Source: Candidatus Omnitrophota bacterium
Lineage (GTDB): Bacteria; Omnitrophota; Gorgyraeia; Zapsychrales; Zapsychraceae
Assembly: GCA_028280285.1 (NCBI GenBank)
Contig: JANQMA010000026.1
Location: forward strand, 64,822 to 128,821
DNA length: 64,000 nt
Reading direction: 5' to 3'
Part shown: one piece after another, positions 56,900 to 64,000 of the stretch
How the letters are laid out: every line of letters starts with the position of its first letter
Position numbering within the stretch: the stretch's first letter is position 1
Notes under the pieces: model-generated
The model's database searches: none
What the model saw: only the letters and a program-made list of their open reading frames with translations
What the model was told of the DNA's origin: nothing
Made by a program: the position numbers and the translations under genes

Positions 56900-59590
56900 T
56901 TAGCTAATCAACGGGTTTTTCTTATCAGGGTTAATGCCTAAGTCTTTTGCCGATTTTTCAAGAGTGTCTTTATCAATCTTTCCGTCTTTATAAAGCGAAC
57001 CGAGGGTCGCAAAAACAATATGCTTCGCATCGACCTCAAAAAAGTCGCGCAGCGCACGGCGTGTTTCACTGCGTCCGAATCCGTCGGTGCCGAGGACAGC
57101 TGTTGTGCCCGGAATCCATTTGGCAATACCTTCAGGGAGAATTTTCATATAGTCCGACGCAAAAGTAAATACGCCTGATTCGGATTCAAGAATTTGTTGC
57201 ACATAAGGTTTTTTAGGTTCATCCGGGGCGTTAAGCAAATTCGTGCGTTCCACATGAAGTGCATCCTTACGTAGTTCAGTGTAGCTGGTGACACTCCATA
57301 CATCGGTGGACACATTGTATTTTTCTTCGAGTATTGTTTGGGCCTCCAGCACGCTGTTTGTAATCGAACCGCTGCCAAAAAGGTGTGCTTTAAGTTCTGC
57401 TTGCTTTGCGGAGGCTTTGAATTTATACATGCCTTTGAGAATGCCTTCATCAATATGCTCGCCCTGCGGTTTGGCCGGCATTTTATAATTTTCATTACCT
57501 ACGCTGACGTAGTAAAAAATATTTTCTTGTTCCTCGCCATACATGCGACGGATACCGTCACGAATAATAACCGGAATTTCATACGCAAAGGACGGATCAT
57601 AGGCCACCATATTCGGGACAGAGGAAAGAAGCACGTGGCTGTGGCCGTCTTGATGCTGGAGACCTTCGCCGTTAAGCGTTGTGCGTCCGGCTGTTCCGCC
57701 GATGAGAAATCCGCGGCAGCGCGAATCAGCGGCAGCCCAAATCAAATCCCCCACACGCTGCGGACCAAACATAGAGTAATAAATATAAAAAGGAATCGTA
57801 TTAATGCCGTAATTGGAATAAGCGGTTCCCGAAGCGATGAAGGAGGCCATGGAGCCTGCTTCGTTAATGCCTTCTTCCAAGATTTGTCCGTCGATTGATT
57901 CTTTGTAATAGAGAAGGCTGTCGGAATCCACCGGTTCATACAACTGACCGACACTTGAGTAAATGCCGCATTGGCGGAACAGGGATTCCATGCCGAAGGT
58001 GCGCGCCTCATCAGGAATGATCGGCACAATCAACTTTCCAATATCTTTATCTTTTAATAACTTTGATAAAATACGCACATACACCATAGTGGTGGAGACT
58101 TCGCGATCGCCGGAACCTTCATCGAACTCGGCGAGTGATTCGGCCGACGGTGTCGGCAGTGGATCATTGGTCTCAGCGCGTTGCGGGACATAGCCGCCGA
58201 GCGCCTTGCGGCGTTCGTGTAAATACTGCATTTCTTCGGAATCTTCCGGTGGCAAATAAAACGGCATCTTTTCGACATCTTCGTCAGAAAGAGGGATGTT
58301 GAACCGCGAACGGAACTGTTTCATTTCTTCTTCGTTGAGTTTCTTCTGATTGTGGGCGACGTTTTTACCCTCGCCACTTTCGCCAAGGCCGTAGCCTTTA
58401 ATCGTTTTACAAAGAATAACACTCGGCCCGTGCTTATAATCAAAAGCCGCTTTATACGCGGCATAAACCTTGGCCGGATCATGGCCACCGCGTTGAAGTT
58501 TTTCGATATCGTGATCAGACATGTTTTCGACTAATTTAGCAACATCTTGATCCTTGCCGAAGAATTCTTTACGGGCATAGCCGCCGTCTTCGACCGAAAA
58601 TTTTTGGTATTGTCCGTCAACGGTCTCACCCATGATGCGGGCCAGTTTGCCGGTTGTATCGTTTTTCAAAAGAGGGTCCCAGTTGCTGCCCCAAACAACT
58701 TTAATGGTATTCCACTGGGCGCCGCGGAAGAGGGCTTCCAGTTCCTGGATAATCTTGCCGTTGCCGCGCACAGGTCCGTCCAAACGCTGCAAGTTACAGT
58801 TAATGACAAAAATCAAATTGTCGAGCTTTTCGCGCGAGGCCATATTGATTGCCCCAAGGGTTTCCGGCTCATCCGTTTCCCCATCGCCAATAAAACACCA
58901 AATCGTTGCATCATCTTTTGGTTTAAGTCCGCGGTTTTCAAGATATTTCATATAACGCGCGTGATACAGCGCATTGATGGGGCCGAGCCCCATAGATACT
59001 GTTGGAAATTGCCAGAAGTTCGGCATAAGCCATGGATGCGGATAAGACGAGAGGCCTTGCTCTTCCTGAAGCTCCCGTCGGAAATTACTTAAATTCTGAT
59101 CATTGAGGCGTCCTTCAATATAAGCCCGCGAATACATTCCCGGTGACGCATGCCCCTGAAAGTAAACAAAGTCGCCGCTAAAATCTTTTGTGCGTGCACG
59201 GAAAAAATGATTAAATCCGACTTCATACAGAGTGGCTGATGAGGCGTACGTCGAAATGTGTCCGCCAATGCCGTTTTCGGCTTCATTGCCTTTGACAACC
59301 ATAGCCATCGCATTCCAACGGACAATACTTTTAATACGCCGCTCGATCTCACGGTTGCCCGGATAATGGGGCTGATTATCGGTACCGATCGTATTGACAT
59401 AAGGCGTGTTAACGGAAAAGGGGAGGGTTACGCCGGCTTCCTGAGCACGGATTTGCAGTCTTTGTAAGATTTCTTTGGCTTGTTCGTGGGATCCGTTTTT
59501 AAGGACATATTCCAGTGAGTCAAGCCACTCGCGGATTTCGATTTCCTTGACTTCTGTGTTATGGGAGTTGGCGGCGCCTTCAGAACTCAT
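56900..59590 (-). CDS. aceE: Pyruvate dehydrogenase E1, homodimeric type
   Basis: GGHIST, SYPHPWLMP, GDGETDE, NLQRLDGPVRGN, GEGLQHQDG. Confidence 0.97.
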   Translation of the reverse strand: MSSEGAANSHNTEVKEIEIREWLDSLEYVLKNGSHEQAKEILQRLQIRAQEAGVTLPFSVNTPYVNTIGTDNQPHYPGNREIERRIKSIVRWNAMAMVVKGNEAENGIGGHISTYASSATLYEVGFNHFFRARTKDFSGDFVYFQGHASPGMYSRAYIEGRLNDQNLSNFRRELQEEQGLSSYPHPWLMPNFWQFPTVSMGLGPINALYHARYMKYLENRGLKPKDDATIWCFIGDGETDEPETLGAINMASREKLDNLIFVINCNLQRLDGPVRGNGKIIQELEALFRGAQWNTIKVVWGSNWDPLLKNDTTGKLARIMGETVDGQYQKFSVEDGGYARKEFFGKDQDVAKLVENMSDHDIEKLQRGGHDPAKVYAAYKAAFDYKHGPSVILCKTIKGYGLGESGEGKNVAHNQKKLNEEEMKQFRSRFNIPLSDEDVEKMPFYLPPEDSEEMQYLHERRKALGGYVPQRAETNDPLPTPSAESLAEFDEGSGDREVSTTMVYVRILSKLLKDKDIGKLIVPIIPDEARTFGMESLFRQCGIYSSVGQLYEPVDSDSLLYYKESIDGQILEEGINEAGSMASFIASGTAYSNYGINTIPFYIYYSMFGPQRVGDLIWAAADSRCRGFLIGGTAGRTTLNGEGLQHQDGHSHVLLSSVPNMVAYDPSFAYEIPVIIRDGIRRMYGEEQENIFYYVSVGNENYKMPAKPQGEHIDEGILKGMYKFKASAKQAELKAHLFGSGSITNSVLEAQTILEEKYNVSTDVWSVTSYTELRKDALHVERTNLLNAPDEPKKPYVQQILESESGVFTFASDYMKILPEGIAKWIPGTTAVLGTDGFGRSETRRALRDFFEVDAKHIVFATLGSLYKDGKIDKDTLEKSAKDLGINPDKKNPLIS

Positions 59591-59610
59591 ATTTTGCTCT
59601 TTCTGTTCTA

Positions 59611-59770
59611 TATAAAGGTTAGAATATGTTGAAAAAAGTTGTAAAAGGTTGAAAGAGGGGTTAGGTTACCCAATGTTGCTTAGTGCTAATTAGAGTAACT
59701 TTTTGGAACATCATGCAACGTCAAATCTTTTTTCAACGTTTTCCAACCTATTTAAACCTTTTTGAACCTT
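59611..59770. repeat. Decamer-unit inverted repeat upstream of aceE
   Basis: tataaaggtt-agaatatgtt-gaaaaaagtt-gtaaaaggtt ... tttcaacgtt-ttccaaccta-tttaaacctt-tttgaacctt. Confidence 0.8.
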
Positions 59771-59948
59771 AATATATTAATATAGTTATTATGTTTGTGC
59801 TTGTAAGCGAAGCTATTGTAGTATGCAAGGGAGTAATGTGCAAGCATATTTTGCTGTCTAATAGGCAATATAAGGTGATTATTCTGTTGTATGTGCTATC
59901 CATGATTGCTACAATTCTCCTAAGCGCGGAAACTTATTAAAGGACAAT

Positions 59949-61577
59949 ATGGCTCAAATGAAACGGTTTTTAGCGGAAATTGAAGAAAAAAAGGGAATTT
60001 TGTACGTATTTTTGACCGTTGCGACGTTTTCCGTGTACAGTTTTTCCTTACCTAACGGCTTTATTTGGGACGATTATATGGTCCTGGTGGACAATACATT
60101 TGTTCATGACCTTGTGCGTTTACCCGAAGTATTCACCAAAGACTACATCACCTCACCGAAAAATCTTCCTTTTATCGATACAGGGGAATACGGTTCCGGA
60201 GAAGGCAGCTACCGGCCGGTGACCACCTTGATCCATTTTTTGGAATACCGGCTCTGGGGGCTGACACCGTTTTTCTATCATTTGGTCAATGTGGTCTTGC
60301 ATTGCATTATGGTTTGTTTGGTGTTTTGTGTGCTTGAGCTTTTATTTAAAAATCTTTTTATTTCCCTTGTGACGGCCTTGCTGTTTGCGGTTAACCCGGC
60401 CCATAGTGAGGCTGTTTTGACCATATCGTTTCGGGAGGATTTACTGTGCGGCATGTTTTTTATGGCCGCGTTTATTTGTTTTATTAAAGTGTCTGATCAA
60501 AAAAAGCCGCTCTTTTTGATTTTTTCTATTTTGTTTTACTTACTTGCCCTTTTTTCCAAAGAAATGGCGATTACATTTCCGGTTGTATGTATTTACTATG
60601 AGTATTTTTACAAACGAAACAGGTTTGCTACGGCTGATGCGCTCAGACTTTTTGGCGGCCTTGTTCTTGCTTCGGGTTTTTATTTATGGGTGCGTTTTGT
60701 TATGTTTGCCCCGGCGGCCAGTTTTAAAGCGCTGCATCCATCGGACTCGTTTGGTATCAATGTACTTACAATGATCAAGGTAGTGGGTATGTATTTCGGA
60801 TGGCTTTTAACCGGGCTTAATGTTCATCTCACCAAACCTGATCCTTATCTGATCGAGGTATTTTCTAACTTTTCTTCTATTATTGTTTTTGTTGCTATTG
60901 TTCTGACTTGGATATTGTCTTTATTTTTGTCGTTGCCAAAGCGCCCTTTTTTTCAGTTCTCGCTTGTCTGGTTTTTTGTCACAATTCTTCCGGTTTTGGG
61001 CATCATTCCGATTCACAATATTGTGGCCGGACGGTACCTTTATATTCCTTCTATAGGTTTTTTGCTGATGATTACAGGGTTACTGTGGCTTATTAGAAAT
61101 AAACAATTGCAGGTTGTTGGGGTTGTTTTATATGTTGTATTTTTAAGTGTTTTAACCATCGCGCGCGCGTTTATCCTGTATGATGAGTTAACGGCCCGGA
61201 AGGAGTTTGTGCAGTATTATCCGCAGGATCCGCTCAGTTATCGCTCTTTGAGCGCGGCGTATACGCGCCTGGGGCTCGACGATCATGCGACCGGTGTGCT
61301 GGCGCGGGCGGTCGAATATTTTTCTGACGACTTTAATTTACATATGGATTTGGCCCGGGCTTACCGCAAGGAAGGCGAATACCAAAAAGCATTGGATGTT
61401 CTGGGTAAAGTCTTAGGGGAAGATCCTGGCAACTATTATTTGTTAAACGAGAAATGTATTAATTTGGCTCTATTAAAGAAAAAAGAAGAGGCAGCAGCTT
61501 GTTTTGAAAAGATTTTCATGCTTTTTCCCGATGACAAAGTCGCCAAGGAGAATTTTAGGCGCTTTAAACAATATTAA
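59949..61577 (+). CDS. TMTC-like GT-C glycosyltransferase with C-terminal TPRs
   Basis: FIWDD, YRP, YHLVNVVLH, HSEAV, SKE, RYLYIP, TPR-like tail. Confidence 0.85.
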   Translation: MAQMKRFLAEIEEKKGILYVFLTVATFSVYSFSLPNGFIWDDYMVLVDNTFVHDLVRLPEVFTKDYITSPKNLPFIDTGEYGSGEGSYRPVTTLIHFLEYRLWGLTPFFYHLVNVVLHCIMVCLVFCVLELLFKNLFISLVTALLFAVNPAHSEAVLTISFREDLLCGMFFMAAFICFIKVSDQKKPLFLIFSILFYLLALFSKEMAITFPVVCIYYEYFYKRNRFATADALRLFGGLVLASGFYLWVRFVMFAPAASFKALHPSDSFGINVLTMIKVVGMYFGWLLTGLNVHLTKPDPYLIEVFSNFSSIIVFVAIVLTWILSLFLSLPKRPFFQFSLVWFFVTILPVLGIIPIHNIVAGRYLYIPSIGFLLMITGLLWLIRNKQLQVVGVVLYVVFLSVLTIARAFILYDELTARKEFVQYYPQDPLSYRSLSAAYTRLGLDDHATGVLARAVEYFSDDFNLHMDLARAYRKEGEYQKALDVLGKVLGEDPGNYYLLNEKCINLALLKKKEEAAACFEKIFMLFPDDKVAKENFRRFKQY

Positions 61578-61598
61578 ACTATGATATAATGCCCGACT

Positions 61599-62054
61599 AT
61601 GGGAGAGACAATTGCGACAAACAAAAAGGCCTTCCGCGATTTTGCGATTACCGAGAAGTGGGAGTGCGGGCTTGAGCTCATGGGGGCGGAAGTTAAGTCG
61701 GTGCGCAGCGGGCGTGTGAATTTTAAGGATACATTTGCGCGCATTGATGGGGGACAGGTATTTCTTCATAATCTTCATATTGAGAATTACGCGCAAGCGA
61801 GTTATATGAATGAAGCGGAAGATCGTGTTAGAAGGCTTTTGTTACATAAAAGGGAAATAAAGAAGATTGATCAAAAGGCCAGAGAAAAGGGGCTTACTCT
61901 TGTGCCGACCAAGGTCTACTTTAACAAACGTGGTTATGTGAAAGTCGAGATTGGTTTAGGCAAGGGTAAAAAGATGATTGATAAAAGAGAGACGATTAAG
62001 AAGCGTGATGTTAGTCGTGATATTGGACGGATGGTCAAACATAAGAATAGATAG
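61599..62054 (+). CDS. smpB: SsrA-binding protein
   Basis: NKKA, GAEVKS, RRLLLHKREI, GKGKK..DKRE. Confidence 0.96.
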   Translation: MGETIATNKKAFRDFAITEKWECGLELMGAEVKSVRSGRVNFKDTFARIDGGQVFLHNLHIENYAQASYMNEAEDRVRRLLLHKREIKKIDQKAREKGLTLVPTKVYFNKRGYVKVEIGLGKGKKMIDKRETIKKRDVSRDIGRMVKHKNR

Positions 62055-62068
62055 AAAATATTATTTTT

Positions 62069-63625
62069 ATGAACAAATCGACTCTAATTCCTTTATTTTT
62101 AATTTTATTTGTTTCACTTTTTTTAAGGATCTACGGGCTTAATCAGCAAGGACTCACCTTCATCGACGAGGGAACCTTTATTTATCGCGCCAAGACATTT
62201 CAACTTTTGGCCGAGCATTCCCATAATCCCATCCAACAGCCTGCCAATTACGCGGATAAAAAAATACTCTGGCTCCTTTCGGTTATGGCCGTATTGAGCC
62301 TAACGGATGGCTCGACGATTGCTGTTCAGCTTTTTTCCGTGTTGCTGGGCTTGCTTAGTATACTGTTTACCTTCGTTGTGGCCCAAAAGATTTATGGCTC
62401 AAGGGAAATAGGGTTATTAAGCGCAGCTGTTCTCGGTGTGTCTAATTTGCATATTTTCTACAGTCGTCTGGCCATGCCCGAGATGTTGAATTCGTTTTGG
62501 GTATTATTGATGGTTTTATTTTATTTGAATGCCATGGCGAAAGAAAAATCTGGCCGGTGGGCTTTTGCCTCAGGTGTCATGATGAGCTTTTCCTTTTTAA
62601 CAAATGTCTTTCGGGCCGGACTTATGCCCATTGCACTTCTCTTTATGAATTTTGGAATCGGATTACCTAAGACTTTTAAAACCAACAAAGATAAAACGCG
62701 GTGGGGGTTATATCTTTTAACGGCTGTTTTGTCGACGGTCGTTTTGGTTTTCGGTTTATGGCAGGTCTTAAAAATACAAGGCATTTGGTTATCCCCTTAT
62801 GCCGATGCTGTCAAATCATATATTGGCCAGCATTCTTCGGTGGTTTTCAGTTGGCCATCATTTTTGTATGCGTTAAGTTATATATTTTTTACCGAAGGTA
62901 AACATTATGCCGTCGTATTTTTTTGGGGATTATTTTTTATAAGAGGACGTTACTCAACATTGCTTCCGCTTCTGATTATCGGGCCTTATGTCTTAGCCTG
63001 GGCCTTTGTGGATGAGAAGGCGATCCGTGCATTGACGCCTGTATTGCCTTTCATCGCTATGTATGCAGCAGTAACCATTTATAACATCTATGGGCTTTTT
63101 AAGCCGCGATCACGGTTGCTCTTGATGGCGGCGATTGGGCTTTTGATCGTCGGGCAATTGGTGGGTTTGAGGAAAATTTATACCTTCCGCTCTGATCTTC
63201 TCCCGGCAATCGAATATATAAAACAGAAAAATGCAGGCGCGCGTGTTCTAACCACCAATCAACCGATTGCCCTGGCGCACGATTTTGATTTTCATCGTTA
63301 TGCCCAGCTTACCCAGCAGACCGAAGAGGAGGTGCGGATATTAAACCGGCAAGGGTTTAACTATTTGATAACAGATTTTGTTAAGTATGCGGTCAGTTCG
63401 GTTAATGGTTCCGATGGTATTCATATGAATCCATTTGTTATGAAGGTGGAGAAGAACTGCATCCCGCTTAAAACATTCCCGCATTTCAATGAAGGCCTGC
63501 AACGCTGGATGCTGATGGAGGTTAATCAGTATGCCGGTGATGTCATTTGGCTTGATCACCATATCACTAACCAAACCGGCCAACTTAGAGTCTACGATCT
63601 CGATCGGTGTTTGGAGAAGATATAA
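62069..63625 (+). CDS. ArnT/PMT-family (GT-C) membrane glycosyltransferase
   Basis: LRIYGL, FIDE, YSRLAMPE, many TM helices. Confidence 0.8.
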   Translation: MNKSTLIPLFLILFVSLFLRIYGLNQQGLTFIDEGTFIYRAKTFQLLAEHSHNPIQQPANYADKKILWLLSVMAVLSLTDGSTIAVQLFSVLLGLLSILFTFVVAQKIYGSREIGLLSAAVLGVSNLHIFYSRLAMPEMLNSFWVLLMVLFYLNAMAKEKSGRWAFASGVMMSFSFLTNVFRAGLMPIALLFMNFGIGLPKTFKTNKDKTRWGLYLLTAVLSTVVLVFGLWQVLKIQGIWLSPYADAVKSYIGQHSSVVFSWPSFLYALSYIFFTEGKHYAVVFFWGLFFIRGRYSTLLPLLIIGPYVLAWAFVDEKAIRALTPVLPFIAMYAAVTIYNIYGLFKPRSRLLLMAAIGLLIVGQLVGLRKIYTFRSDLLPAIEYIKQKNAGARVLTTNQPIALAHDFDFHRYAQLTQQTEEEVRILNRQGFNYLITDFVKYAVSSVNGSDGIHMNPFVMKVEKNCIPLKTFPHFNEGLQRWMLMEVNQYAGDVIWLDHHITNQTGQLRVYDLDRCLEKI

Positions 63626-63690
63626 ATAGTGCCAGGTACTAATTATTAAAGTTATTTGTTTTTCAAGGGCCTGTGTGGTATTTTAAACAT

Positions 63691-63990
63691 ATGATTAGAA
63701 AATCAGACATATTTGCAACAATCGAAAAGAACTCTGAAGAAATCAAGCTTTTAGGAGTCAAGCGTCTGGCTGTTTTTGGCTCATTTTCCCGCTACACACA
63801 AACCAAAAAAAGTGATATTGATATTTTGGTTGAATTTAAACGTGGAAAAAAGACTTTTGATAATTTTATGGATTTAAAGCATCTTCTTCAAAAAAAGTTA
63901 AAGCGCAGAGTTGATCTTGTCACTAAATCTGCGTTAAAACCACAGTTAAGATCTGCTATTGAAAAAGACCTTTCCTATGCGGGACTCTAA
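63691..63990 (+). CDS. Minimal nucleotidyltransferase (MNT) antitoxin
   Basis: AVFGSFSR, SDIDILVEF, VDLVT. Confidence 0.9.
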   Translation: MIRKSDIFATIEKNSEEIKLLGVKRLAVFGSFSRYTQTKKSDIDILVEFKRGKKTFDNFMDLKHLLQKKLKRRVDLVTKSALKPQLRSAIEKDLSYAGL

Positions 63991-64000
63991 TGTCTATCTA
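63977..64000 (+). CDS. Probable start of HEPN/DUF86 toxin, truncated by window edge
   Basis: MRDSNVYL overlapping MNT end; only 8 codons visible. Confidence 0.55.

Noticed and set aside
61599-62068. tmRNA next to smpB
   Set aside because: Flanking gaps are only 14-21 nt; no room for ssrA.

Overview
Chromosomal window from a diderm bacterium. It carries lipid A, Bam, Lol and Lpt genes together with Firmicute-like mcsB-clpC-radA-yacL-ispDF-cysE and tmk-holB-yaaT-metG synteny; a PVC-group organism such as Omnitrophota is plausible, but that is inference only. Most of the window is + strand housekeeping operons (glmU to alr, 1-36151). These are followed by an accessory gene run (36253-43572), an EndoQ/UvrD pair, lptGF/comF, the PDH operon ending in a bacterial histone gene, smpB, two GT-C glycosyltransferases and an MNT-HEPN pair. 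No rRNA, tRNA, CRISPR array, integrase or transposase was seen. The most striking signal is non-coding. About 19 intergenic gaps hold long inverted repeats whose arms are 3-5 degenerate tandem units with a fixed period (7 nt in 17 cases, 8 nt once, 10 nt once). These belong to many sequence families, some are nested inside one another, and one is flanked by a codon-diverged duplicate of the upstream gene's 3' end. Three further palindromic repeat families mark most gene boundaries of the accessory run, and two candidate small-RNA cassettes share an architecture. All calls were made by eye from the sequence and ORF track; no searches were run.
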